From: Bacteroidia bacterium
GTDB taxonomy: Bacteria; Bacteroidota; Bacteroidia; NS11-12g; UBA9320
Assembly (NCBI GenBank): GCA_965216465.1
Contig: CBDCFW010000005.1
Coordinates: forward strand, 192,001 to 256,000
Reading direction: 5' to 3'
Length of the DNA stretch: 64,000 bases
Made by a program: the position numbers and the translations under genes. Below the pieces are notes generated by a model that was not told the DNA's origin, searched no databases, and saw nothing but the letters and a program-made list of their open reading frames with translations. Below, piece by piece: positions 1 to 10,900 of this stretch. Numbering within the stretch: the first letter of the stretch is position 1; each line of letters opens with the position of its first letter.

Positions 1-52
1 CAATAAACCGTTTAATTCTACTTAATTTGAAACCCCTTTTTTACTAAACCAG

Positions 53-2329
53 ATGAGTGAACCAGAATACTTAAAGTCGCTAAATCCAGAGCAAAAAGCA
101 GCTGTATTACAGACTGAAGGCCCCGTGATGATTATTGCAGGTGCTGGATCGGGCAAAACGCGTGTGCTTACATACCGTATAGCCCACTTAATTGCAACGG
201 GAGTAGACCCATTTAACATTCTGTCTTTAACTTTTACCAACAAAGCCGCTCGTGAAATGCGCGAAAGAATTGAGACGGTCGTTGGGCCAGAAGCACGAAA
301 TATCTGGATGGGAACTTTTCACTCTGTATTCGCTAAGATATTAAGATTCGAGGCTGATAAACTTGGGTACCCGAGCAACTTTACGATTTATGATTCTGAC
401 GACAGCAAAAGTCTCATAAAGGCTATTGTGAAAGAAATGAATCTTGACGATAAGATTTATAAACCAAATTATGTTCTTGCACGAATAAGCAATGCCAAGA
501 ACAATTTGATTCAGGCTCATGTGTACCAAAACTCATCAGAATTAGTAACATATGACGAGGTTTCAGGACGAGGAAAAATTCACGCCATTTATTCAGAATA
601 TGCAAAGCGTTGTTTTAAATCTGGTGCGATGGACTTCGACGATTTGTTGTTGAACACATTCAAGTTACTGAATAATTTTCCTGATGTTCTGCACAAATAT
701 CAACACAAATTCAAATATGTTATGGTTGATGAGTACCAAGACACCAACCATTGTCAATACATGATTATCAAGAAGTTAGCAAGTGTATTTGAGAACATTT
801 GTGTGGTAGGTGATGATGCTCAAAGTATTTACTCTTTTAGAGGTGCGACAATTAAGAATATTCTAAATTTTGAGAACGACTATCCCGACTTGAAGGTGTT
901 CAAACTTGAACAAAATTACCGCTCGTCGGAGACCATAGTGAACGCGGCAAATTCGGTGATAGCAAAAAACAAAGATCAACTTGAGAAAAAAGTTTGGACT
1001 GACAATCAGCTTGGAAATAAAATTACCGTGTTGCGTGCGGTGACCGACAATGAAGAAGGCAAGTTTGTAGCTCAGAGCATTTTCGAAACCAAAATGAATG
1101 AGCAAAAGAGGAACAGCGACTTTGCTATTTTGTATCGAACCAATTCTCAATCTAGAAGTTTAGAGGAAGCTCTGCGTAAGCTTAATGTTCCGTATCGAAT
1201 TTACGGTGGTATGAGCTTTTATCAACGAAAAGAAGTAAAAGATCTCCTAGCTTATCTTCGATTGGTTATTAACCATAATGATGAAGAGGCTTTGAAACGC
1301 GTAATAAACTACCCTGCTCGAGGCATAGGAAAAACGTCGATGCAAAGGGTGATAATTCAAGCCAAAGAAACTGACCAATCGCTGTGGGAAGTGATTTCAC
1401 AAGCTCATCGATACCCAGAGCTTAAAACCAGTATTCCAAAGTTTCGAGACTTTGTGAACATGATTAAAAGCTTTGTCATATTACAGGAAACACAAAACGC
1501 ATACGATATTTCGATGCACATAGCCAGAAGCACAAATTTGCTTAAGGTGCTGAACGAAGACAAAACCATCGAAGGCATTAACAAATACGAGAACATCGTT
1601 GAGCTCTTAAACGGTATCAAAGAGTTTGTTGAAGACGACACAAATGAAAGTGAAAAAGACCTTGGATCTTATCTTCAAGACATTGCTCTCTTAACCAATT
1701 TAGATACCCAAGATGATGACGATGATAAAGTTTCATTGATGACCATTCACCAATCAAAAGGACTGGAATTTAAGAATGTTTATGTCGCAGGATTGGAAGA
1801 AAATCTATTCCCTTCACAAATGTCGTTGAGTAACAGAACAGACCTCGAAGAGGAAAGAAGACTGTTTTACGTTGCTATTACGCGTGCCGAACAAGCACTA
1901 ACGCTTTCTTTTGCAACTTCAAGGTTTCGCTTTGGAACCCTGCTCCCTTCAGAACCGAGTAGATTTATTGACGAGATAGACAGTCAATATCTACAAATGG
2001 ACAGAAGAATGGTAAAGCAAGCACCTCCTACCGGTGCCTTAAGCCCTAAAGGTAAAAACCCGTATCTAGCACCAAAATCAAGCGGTTTACGCAAAACCAT
2101 TGCCAAACAAAACCAACCACGCATGGTTCGTCCACCAGTAATCTCAGACTTTGAGCCAGACGATATGAGCGACATCTCTGAAGGTATGAAGGTTGAACAT
2201 CAACGATTTGGACAAGGCCAGGTGGTAAAGCTTGAAGGCAGAGATGCCCCTGAAAAAGCAACCATTAATTTCACAGAATATGGCGAAAAAACATTGGTTC
2301 TCAAGTTCGCTAAGCTTCGAAAGATCTAG
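53..2329 (+). CDS. uvrD: ATP-dependent DNA helicase UvrD/PcrA
   Basis: 758 aa; Walker A AGAGSGKT, DEYQD, VGDDAQSIYSFRGA, LEQNYRS, EEERRLFYVAITRA, C-terminal Tudor-like VEHQRFGQG. Confidence 0.95.
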   Translation: MSEPEYLKSLNPEQKAAVLQTEGPVMIIAGAGSGKTRVLTYRIAHLIATGVDPFNILSLTFTNKAAREMRERIETVVGPEARNIWMGTFHSVFAKILRFEADKLGYPSNFTIYDSDDSKSLIKAIVKEMNLDDKIYKPNYVLARISNAKNNLIQAHVYQNSSELVTYDEVSGRGKIHAIYSEYAKRCFKSGAMDFDDLLLNTFKLLNNFPDVLHKYQHKFKYVMVDEYQDTNHCQYMIIKKLASVFENICVVGDDAQSIYSFRGATIKNILNFENDYPDLKVFKLEQNYRSSETIVNAANSVIAKNKDQLEKKVWTDNQLGNKITVLRAVTDNEEGKFVAQSIFETKMNEQKRNSDFAILYRTNSQSRSLEEALRKLNVPYRIYGGMSFYQRKEVKDLLAYLRLVINHNDEEALKRVINYPARGIGKTSMQRVIIQAKETDQSLWEVISQAHRYPELKTSIPKFRDFVNMIKSFVILQETQNAYDISMHIARSTNLLKVLNEDKTIEGINKYENIVELLNGIKEFVEDDTNESEKDLGSYLQDIALLTNLDTQDDDDDKVSLMTIHQSKGLEFKNVYVAGLEENLFPSQMSLSNRTDLEEERRLFYVAITRAEQALTLSFATSRFRFGTLLPSEPSRFIDEIDSQYLQMDRRMVKQAPPTGALSPKGKNPYLAPKSSGLRKTIAKQNQPRMVRPPVISDFEPDDMSDISEGMKVEHQRFGQGQVVKLEGRDAPEKATINFTEYGEKTLVLKFAKLRKI

Positions 2330-2386
2330 TGCATAACTGGTGATTATCTGTTTAGTAATACTTGCATTTATTGGATTTTTTTTGTA

Positions 2387-2394
2387 TACTTTTG
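2387..2394 (+). promoter_or_regulatory. Bacteroidota primary-sigma -7 element (TACTTTTG)
   Basis: Matches TAnnTTTG, followed by C, 21 nt before the ATG at 2416. Confidence 0.65.
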
Positions 2395-2415
2395 CACTAC
2401 TAATCAAACTATTAC

Positions 2416-4326
2416 ATGTTTAACCGAATCAAAAAGGTTGCGCACAACAATACCCCCAGGTGGGTTGTGCTGACAATCGATTTACTCTTAGCCACGCTAT
2501 CCTTCTCGATATCTTGTATCATTATTGAGGAGTTTCATAACGGCAATTTCAATGCCTCATCAATCCTCTACCCTATGGCAGTTGTATTGTTGTTCAGGCT
2601 TAAATCATTCCTAATAACAAGGTCGTACACCGGAATTATCAGGTTTACGAGTACACAAGATGCGGTTCGAATATTTTTTGCTGTAATGATTAGTACCATT
2701 GGGATCTTCATTGTTGAAGGGCTCTATTATTATTCGCTCAGCCAACATTTGTTAAAACCTTCGATAATTATTATTGATGCATTTGTTCTCATTTTCTTAA
2801 TGTCTGCATTTCGACTTGGGTTTAAAATGTTATACAATCGTTATGCTCCAGTGCATACCATATCAAAGAAACAACTTATCATATATGGAGCTGGTGAAGC
2901 GGGAATCTTGGTTAAGCGTTCTTTAGAAGGCGACCTGAAGCAAAAATCAAAGGTTGTTGCCTTTTTAGATGACAACGTAAAGCTGCAAGGAAAGTCGGTT
3001 GAGGGTGTTAAGATATACTCGCCAGAGATTGATTTTGACAATTTGTTGCTAGAAAATGATGACATTGAGCTAATTATCGCAATTCAAAACATATCATCAA
3101 TTCGTAAGAAACTGATAATTGAAAAATGCCTGCAATACAACATAAGCGTTAAGGTAATTCCACCAGTTAAGGCTTGGATAGATGGAGAATTTAACGTTAA
3201 AAGCATCAAGAAAGTTCGTATTGAAGACCTTCTTGAAAGAGAGCCCATTAAACTAAGTAAAGCAAAGATTAGTAAAGAGCTAGAAGATCAAGTTATTTTG
3301 GTTTCAGGAGCTGCCGGATCTATTGGAAGCGAAATAGCACGTCAGTGTATGTCATTTAATCCTAAGAAGCTGGTACTACTCGACCAGGCTGAAACTCCTT
3401 TGTATGAGCTTGAAAACGAGTTTAAAGATGCTGATAACGTCGAAGTGGTGATGGCAGATGTTTGTAATACCGCTAGAATGCGTAGAGTTTATGACCACTT
3501 TAAACCTTCTTTTGTATTTCATGCTGCAGCATACAAACATGTTCCTCTAATGGAAGACAACCCATATGAGGCTATTAACACCAATGTATTCGGAACGCAA
3601 AATGTTGCGAATTTGGCTGTTGAATTCAAGGTGAAGAAGTTCGTATTAGTAAGTACAGATAAAGCTGTGAACCCAACAAATATTATGGGAGCTTCAAAAC
3701 GAATTGCTGAAATCTACGTACAATCACTTAACGCCAAGTTAAGACTAGAATCTGACGTACACACCAAGTTTGTCACTACCCGATTTGGTAATGTATTGGG
3801 AAGCAATGGTTCTGTGATTCCACTTTTCAAAAAGCAAATCGAGAATGGTGGGCCGGTTACAGTTACTCATCCTGAAATAACTCGATTCTTTATGACCATC
3901 CCTGAGGCATGTCAGCTTGTACTTGAAGCTGGAGTGATGGGCCAAGGTGGAGAGATTTACATCTTTGATATGGGTGAGTCGGTTAAAATTGTTGATCTTG
4001 CTCGTAAGATGATAAAACTTTCAGGTTTTGAAGAGGGTAAAGACATCCGAATCAAATTTACTGGGCTTCGTCCTGGAGAAAAACTGAAAGAAGAATTACT
4101 GAACGACCGCGAAAACACCATAGGAACTCACAACCCTAAGATTATGGTTGCTAAAGTACCTGAGTACAATTACCTCGAGGTTAACAACACTATAACCGAG
4201 CTATACAAGCAGAAAGATCACTTAAAGAACCGATCGCTTGTTCAGACCATGAAGAAAATTGTGCCTGAATACATCAGCAATAATTCGATTTACGAAGAAC
4301 TTGATAAGAAGCTGATTGATTCTTAA
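2416..4326 (+). CDS. Membrane-bound nucleoside-diphosphate sugar 4,6-dehydratase (CapD/WbpM/PglF family)
   Basis: 636 aa; four N-terminal TM segments, YGAGEAG, GAAGSIG, FHAAAYKHVP, STDKAVNPTNIMGASK, RFGNVLGSNGSV. Confidence 0.92.
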   Translation: MFNRIKKVAHNNTPRWVVLTIDLLLATLSFSISCIIIEEFHNGNFNASSILYPMAVVLLFRLKSFLITRSYTGIIRFTSTQDAVRIFFAVMISTIGIFIVEGLYYYSLSQHLLKPSIIIIDAFVLIFLMSAFRLGFKMLYNRYAPVHTISKKQLIIYGAGEAGILVKRSLEGDLKQKSKVVAFLDDNVKLQGKSVEGVKIYSPEIDFDNLLLENDDIELIIAIQNISSIRKKLIIEKCLQYNISVKVIPPVKAWIDGEFNVKSIKKVRIEDLLEREPIKLSKAKISKELEDQVILVSGAAGSIGSEIARQCMSFNPKKLVLLDQAETPLYELENEFKDADNVEVVMADVCNTARMRRVYDHFKPSFVFHAAAYKHVPLMEDNPYEAINTNVFGTQNVANLAVEFKVKKFVLVSTDKAVNPTNIMGASKRIAEIYVQSLNAKLRLESDVHTKFVTTRFGNVLGSNGSVIPLFKKQIENGGPVTVTHPEITRFFMTIPEACQLVLEAGVMGQGGEIYIFDMGESVKIVDLARKMIKLSGFEEGKDIRIKFTGLRPGEKLKEELLNDRENTIGTHNPKIMVAKVPEYNYLEVNNTITELYKQKDHLKNRSLVQTMKKIVPEYISNNSIYEELDKKLIDS

Positions 4327-4793
4327 TGTGATTTCATAGGTATCCAGAAAGTAGTATCCTGAACAATTTCTAAGTTTTTACCTAATTGACTGATTTCAAT
4401 TGGTGGCATTCCCTTTTCGTAGCATAAATAAAAGGTATCTCCTACCCCATTTAAGTACATGAAACTTGTTGATGGGAGGTCGCTGTAGCCTGTCATATAT
4501 TCTTGCTCATAATCAGACCACTGCATATTGTCTGTTTGCTCTATTAATACATTCAGGTCATCACCACTCAGGCTGCCACTAAAAATGCCTTCAATTGGCA
4601 AGAAACGCTTTGCGTTTAATTCAACTTTACCGTTTGATTCTATTCTAAGGGTGTAAATTGGACAACTGCCATAGCAGCCAGACTTATCCATAACAATAGC
4701 CCACGAGTTGTAAGCCTCTTGTTGTGGTTGATTTTTTTTAGAACAAGAAAACGAGACGATTAGCAACAACGATATGAAGCCAAATCGTATCAT
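4323..4793 (-). CDS. Putative lipoprotein, DUF6438-like
   Basis: 156 aa; lipobox-like SFSC, motif GCYGSCPIYTLRI and SDLPS. Confidence 0.65.
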   Translation of the reverse strand: MIRFGFISLLLIVSFSCSKKNQPQQEAYNSWAIVMDKSGCYGSCPIYTLRIESNGKVELNAKRFLPIEGIFSGSLSGDDLNVLIEQTDNMQWSDYEQEYMTGYSDLPSTSFMYLNGVGDTFYLCYEKGMPPIEISQLGKNLEIVQDTTFWIPMKSH

Positions 4794-5449
4794 TACCTTA
4801 GATCAATTTCAATTACGCCTGGTTTGTCTTTTGCGTTGAACTTAAAGTACGATTCGCTAATCGCTACATTGGGTTCAAACTTGGTAATAACGTAGGTTGT
4901 TACGATACCATTTTTGCTGTAAACAGACATCTCTTTAACTTTATTCGCAAGCTTATCTATACCAAGCTTAACCTTAAAGTATCCTTTATTTTTGTCTGTT
5001 GGTGTGAGTTCGATAACATCAAGGGTTTTAGTACCATTTGATACCTGCCCTGCATACTTATGCAAAAACCCTTTTTCATAGATTGTAAAAATTTCAGAAG
5101 GATTAATGTCCATTGTTTTAGCATCAAACTTTGAAATTTGCACTTCATTGGCATCCTTTAGGTAAGTCCAGATTGTTTTTCCATCGCAAAAAATTTCCTG
5201 GCCTGACATATTTACTCTAAATTTCTTTCCTTTTTGATAAAGTGTACCTGTTTGCTTTACGCTTGTGTTTGTTTGCTTGTTTTTAATGCTAACTGAAAAC
5301 GAAGCTTTAATAGACTTGTAAGTCTTATATGTCTTGCTGAGCTTATTTAGTATTTGACTGCTTTGATTATCAGCAGACTCAGAAGACGAGCTAATCGGAT
5401 TAATGATTAAAAGACTTAAAATGCTTAATAGTACAAGTGATTTCTTCAT
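4793..5449 (-). CDS. lolA: Outer-membrane lipoprotein carrier LolA
   Basis: 218 aa; signal peptide, CDGKTIWTY..NEVQI motif, directly downstream of ftsK (conserved ftsK-lolA order). Confidence 0.85.
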   Translation of the reverse strand: MKKSLVLLSILSLLIINPISSSSESADNQSSQILNKLSKTYKTYKSIKASFSVSIKNKQTNTSVKQTGTLYQKGKKFRVNMSGQEIFCDGKTIWTYLKDANEVQISKFDAKTMDINPSEIFTIYEKGFLHKYAGQVSNGTKTLDVIELTPTDKNKGYFKVKLGIDKLANKVKEMSVYSKNGIVTTYVITKFEPNVAISESYFKFNAKDKPGVIEIDLR

Positions 5450-5461
5450 GTGTTCAAATTT

Positions 5462-7879
5462 CTAATGAAGGTTGTTCAAAAACTGTTCCAAAGCATATTC
5501 ATCTGGAATCAAAACAGCTCTCGCCTTACTTCCTTCAAATGGGCCTACAATATTAGCTGCTTCTAATTGATCTATCAAGCGACCGGCTCTATTATAGCCA
5601 ACTTTCAGTCTTCGTTGGATTAAACTGGTGCTTCCAGATTGGTGCTGTACAACGATCCTAGCCGCATCTTCGAACATTGCATCTCTTTCGTGTGGATCAA
5701 ATTCTTTCGTAGATCCTTCAGACTCTTCCCTAACTTCAGGCAGAATATGTGCGTCTGGATACCCCCTTTGGTTGCCAATAAACTGCGTTATTGTGTCTAC
5801 TTCTGGTGTATCTACAAAAGGACATTGCAAGCGCACCAACTCGCTTCCTGTTGAGTAAAGCATATCTCCTTTACCGATAAGTTGATCAGCTCCATTTCCG
5901 TCTAGAATTGTACGTGAATCAATCTTACTCGATACCCTAAAGGCTATTCTAGCAGGGAAGTTAGCTTTAATAGTACCTGTTATAATATTTACAGAAGGAC
6001 GCTGCGTCGCAAGTATTAAGTGAATTCCGATGGCTCGGGCTAGCTGAGCAAGTCTACCAATAGGGTGCTCTACTTCCTTACCCGCGGTCATAATTAAATC
6101 AGCAACCTCGTCAACAACCACTACTATATAAGGCAGGTAGCGATGCCCTTCTTCAGGGTTCAACTTACGTGCAATAAATTTGGCGTTGTATTCTTTTATG
6201 TTTCTTACCAAGGCAGACTGAAGCAGCTTGTACCTATCATCCATTTCAACACAAAGTGAATTCAAGGTATTTACAACCTGTTTATTGTCGGTTATAATGG
6301 CATCATTATCTCCTGGCAGTTTGGCCAAGTAATGTCGTTCTATAGTTTGATAAAGCGTTAACTCCACTTTCTTCGGGTCTACCATTACAAATTTCAACTC
6401 CGCAGGATGCTTACTATATAGTAACGAAACAATAATTGCATTTAATCCCACCGACTTACCTTGCCCCGTTGCACCCGCCATTAACAGGTGAGGCATTTTA
6501 GCCAAGTCAGCAACAAACACTTCATTCGCAATTGTTTTACCGAGGCAAACTGGCAGAGCGTAATCTGAATTTTGATATTTAGCACTGCTAATCACCGAGT
6601 GCATGCTAACAATCTCTGGTTTCTTGTTTGGTACCTCAATACCAATTGTACCTTTACCTGGAATCGGAGCGATAATACGGATACCTAAAGCTGCTAGACT
6701 TAGGGCAATATCATCTTCTAAGTTTTTAATCTTTGATATACGAACTCCTTTTTCAGGAACAATTTCGAAAAGCGTAACTGTGGGACCAATGGTGGCCTTT
6801 ATCTGAGAAATTCCAATCTTGTAATTTTCCAAGGTCTGAACAATCATGTCCTTGCTTTTCTCTAGGTCTTCCTTAGACACGGCCGTTTTAACTTCATCAC
6901 CGTATGTCTTTAAGAAGTCAACCTCAGGAAATTTGTAGTCACGTAAATCTAAGCGAGGATCAAAAGGCGTGTCGATGCCATAATGTTCTTTGCCATCTTT
7001 ATCAATTACTTCTTCTTTTTCTTCAACTTGTTCTTCAATTTGAAGTTCTAAATCATCGCCTTCAGTGGTATTAGCAGACTCATCTTTAACCAATGTTGGT
7101 TCAGGCAGAGACTGCTCAATGTTTAACTCAACGGCTGCATCTTCCTCAACAGGCTCTAAATCTTCAAGCTCCGCCGCGATATTATCTTTTTCAAAGATTG
7201 ACTCTTCTGAACCCATGATGGGTTGATTTTCGTCTTCATCAGTTATTATTGGAGCATCTTCCGTTCTTCGCAATTTTAAAAGGCGTTTCTTTTTCAAGCT
7301 TTCAAGTACATCAATACTGAAGGCCACATACAAGAAGAATATTGTAACCAATGTTAACACCAACACTATTCCAATAGTTCCTATCAACGACTTCGAAAAA
7401 GCAAACACTCCATACCCCAAAAGTCCACTAAGCAACGGAAAAGAAGGAAAAATCAATGCACATACAAGTGAAATCCAAATTGCTGTTACTAGTAATTTGC
7501 TTACCGTTTTTGGTCTTATCCTAAAAGCACTATGAAAGTAGAGGTTGTAACCAACAATAAAGAAGATTGGATACAGTATAAATGACCCTATTCCAAATCC
7601 GTTGTATATGAAAAGGTGTGCAAAGAAAGCTCCTATTTTTCCCATAAAGTTTTGAGGAGCATTATTTCTAAAATCGAACAAGAATTCTTGTATACCTGCA
7701 TTCAATATACTTTGATCTGCTTTCCAAGAAAACAGATAACTGATTGATGCAAGAAAAATGAAGACACTAAACAGAAGCATCAACCCGCCAATAACTTTGT
7801 TACGCAAGGTATAATCCTTAGGTTCTTTCGTTTTCTTCTTTTTCTTTTTGGACTTTGTTTTTTTACCGAATAGTGCCAT
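5462..7879 (-). CDS. ftsK: DNA translocase FtsK
   Basis: 805 aa; N-terminal TM domain, MPHLLMAGATGQGKS, LILATQRPS, gamma domain STSLIQRRLKVGYNRAGR. Confidence 0.96.
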   Translation of the reverse strand: MALFGKKTKSKKKKKKTKEPKDYTLRNKVIGGLMLLFSVFIFLASISYLFSWKADQSILNAGIQEFLFDFRNNAPQNFMGKIGAFFAHLFIYNGFGIGSFILYPIFFIVGYNLYFHSAFRIRPKTVSKLLVTAIWISLVCALIFPSFPLLSGLLGYGVFAFSKSLIGTIGIVLVLTLVTIFFLYVAFSIDVLESLKKKRLLKLRRTEDAPIITDEDENQPIMGSEESIFEKDNIAAELEDLEPVEEDAAVELNIEQSLPEPTLVKDESANTTEGDDLELQIEEQVEEKEEVIDKDGKEHYGIDTPFDPRLDLRDYKFPEVDFLKTYGDEVKTAVSKEDLEKSKDMIVQTLENYKIGISQIKATIGPTVTLFEIVPEKGVRISKIKNLEDDIALSLAALGIRIIAPIPGKGTIGIEVPNKKPEIVSMHSVISSAKYQNSDYALPVCLGKTIANEVFVADLAKMPHLLMAGATGQGKSVGLNAIIVSLLYSKHPAELKFVMVDPKKVELTLYQTIERHYLAKLPGDNDAIITDNKQVVNTLNSLCVEMDDRYKLLQSALVRNIKEYNAKFIARKLNPEEGHRYLPYIVVVVDEVADLIMTAGKEVEHPIGRLAQLARAIGIHLILATQRPSVNIITGTIKANFPARIAFRVSSKIDSRTILDGNGADQLIGKGDMLYSTGSELVRLQCPFVDTPEVDTITQFIGNQRGYPDAHILPEVREESEGSTKEFDPHERDAMFEDAARIVVQHQSGSTSLIQRRLKVGYNRAGRLIDQLEAANIVGPFEGSKARAVLIPDEYALEQFLNNLH

Positions 7880-7978
7880 TTATATCAAGCTTCGAAAATA
7901 GATTGAGAATGACCAAAAAATGTGGTCATTTTTAAACATTAAAATGGCAGTGTACTATATCCTAAAAAGTTGATGAAT

Positions 7979-10900
7979 CTAACGAACCAATTCAACCTGT
8001 CCCTCCACTAAATGGTCAAGTCCATCGCAGGCATACCCGTATTGTAGTACATAGAAATAAGTAGATGCAGGAAGCTCTTCTCCAACGTTCATTGTTCGCC
8101 CATTCCAACCGATGGCAGGGTCGTCAGTTTGAAATACTTGCTCTCCCCAGCGGTTAAATATTTTAAGGTTAAAATAGCGTTGATTCACAATTTCAAGAAT
8201 AAATTCTTCATTGTAAAGATCACCATTTGGTGTAAAGATATTGTACAAGTCAAGGGCTTCATAATACGTTCCAACTACCTCATTACAAGCGGTATCCAAA
8301 CAACCACTGTCGTTTGCAGCTACTAGACAGACCTCAAAAGTACCTGTGTCTTTCTTATATGCATGTGTTGGATTTTGTAAATCAGAGAAATTATCATTCC
8401 CACTTCTTGGATGGCCAAAATCCCATTGATACGACACTGCATTCGTTGAGCTATCGGTAAATGCATATTCACTGCAACTTCCGTTCTGTACAAAACTAAA
8501 ATCCGCGTTCAAACTTGTAACCGTTACTTGATATGTGGTGTCATCAAAGCACGCCCGTTCATAGGGCCCTTCTGGAACATAGTATGGGTTGAATTGCACA
8601 GAATATGTTCCCGTATCGGAGAATACATGTGAATAACTGTTTGTTAAAACGGTGGTATCCTTAGACTCTACAATCCAATTAAAGATGTCGTATATCGAAT
8701 CTGAAAGGCTCTCAAAAATTACCGGTTGTCCAACACATGCTGGCCCACTAAACTTAAAATCAACCTCAGGAATAGGTAGTACGATTATTCTTCTAACCGG
8801 ATAGAATATGGCATTCGTATCAGGAAATAAAGCTGAACAAGTGTAGCTATTTTTAGTGTCTTCATTGTAAAAACTGTCGCTGCCTTCTAGGTAAATATTG
8901 TAAATACCAGGATTAGAATATTTGAAACGCACTACAGAATCGCTGCTGGCATAGATGGTGGTATTTGCACTATCCCCCATATGCCATATTAGTGATGAGA
9001 AGTTTGTGCTGGTGCTCTTGAATTCTGCAGTATAGGGTTCACATCCTACAGTATCAGAAATAATATCAAAATACGGAATTGGTCCATTTAAGAAGATGTC
9101 GAATGTTGCCGTATCAACACATCCTGCCGTTGAACGAACGGCATGCGTAATTGTAAAGGCTCCGTTACTTGAAAAATAGTGATATGGATCTTTCAAATAG
9201 CTTGGAGTTTTATAGTCTCCAAAATCCCAGAAATAATGCTCTATTTTGTCTGATGTGCTATCAATATCGAAATAGGATGAGTCGAAGAATTGTACAATCT
9301 GATCACACAAGTACTGACCTTCTTTGTTAAAAATATCGGCATTAACCCCTGTCACAACCACGTCCATAGCAACCGTATCTACGCAGCCGTTCACATCAAC
9401 AGAGGCTAATCTCACGTTAAACTTTCCTTTTGATTGGTACACATGGGATGGATGCGATTGGGTAGATGAAAATCCGCCACCATCACCAAAATCCCACCAA
9501 AGCCTCTCAGCTCGCCCTGTACGCTCCCAATACGCTTGAGGGTCATCATAATAGCGAATGCTATCGCTAAAAAGTGACGTATCACCCAAGCAGATTAAGG
9601 TATCAGTTAGAAAAGTATTGTGATATCCAAATCGCTCCTGAAAATACTTGTAATTGTAGCAGCCATTGGTATCTTGAATAAGTATAAATATGTCGTAACT
9701 GCCTTCCTCTGTGTAGGTATGCTTAAGATCTGGAACAGTGTCAGGATGTACTTGTTGCAGCTCTATCGGAAGCTGAGGATCCCAAACATACTTCAAGTAA
9801 TCAATTTTATCATCTTCATCGCCATTGTACTTCAATGTAGCATTAATTGGCAAACATTGTCCTTCTTTATCTAGCGTAAAATTTGCAATTGGCTCATGAA
9901 ACAATTGATACCAATGATGATACCACTGCGTATCAAAGCACACACGTGTTGGGTCTAAATAATAATCGTTAGAATCAGCAGACTTATATATTCGTTGGTC
10001 ACCTGCTTCTATTGCAAAACCAACGGTCACCCAGCCTGAATCATGGGCTGTCTGTGCATAAAAATGTGTGCCCCCTACACTTTCAAAATGTTGATCGTTA
10101 GCCAGAGAATCTAAGCAAACAGACACAACCAACTCACAAGCCTCATATGTAAAATTGACCCCATATTCAGTTTTGTTACCCAGACACGGTCTATCCATGT
10201 TTGCCTGAAAAACCAATTCATCTATGTTCAGCAGACTAATTAGACCTTTCATTGAGTCTACACATCCACTTACTGGATCTGTAACCACCAGTTTAGGAAA
10301 ATAACATCCAGTATCTGAGTACCAGTGTTGTGTATTAAATGCTGTGTCTTCATTGCAATTTGTTGGGAAACCGATACAATCCGGAGCATTTTGGTCGTCA
10401 AAATACCACTGATACTGCGGATCAGCATCTGGATGTGCCAAAGAAAAATTTGCAAAAAACACTGTATCTTCAAGCGAGCATTGTTTCCGATTGAGTGCTA
10501 AGAAATTTGCCTTCACCCCAACTGACGATATTTTAATCAATCTCGAGGTATCAGCACAGTCGTCTAAACGAACAACAAATTGAACATAATAATCATTTGG
10601 ACTAGGAGGAAATATGTTCACCTCCCGATGTCGCCCTGCAATCATCACCGGACTTGTATCTCGGTCATATACTAGCCAATAATATTCTGCACCTCTAACT
10701 GCAGGGTTGGTAAAATAAAAGGGACTAGGAAAACACTTCACCGTGTCACCATATTTCACGTCTGCCTTTACAATTGGAAAGTTAATGTTTACTTGTTGAG
10801 TATAGGTATTGGTGCAGCCATTTTTGAGGGTCACAGTCAGTTTAACAGTATATGTGCCGACCGCGGTGTACGCATGACAATTGGTAGACCAACTGCCTTT

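Noticed and set aside
7905-7933. Inverted repeat AATGACCA/TGGTCATT between the PKD gene and ftsK
   Set aside because: It has only a poor U-tract on the coding (minus) strand. It may be a weak terminator or operator, but there is too little evidence to call.
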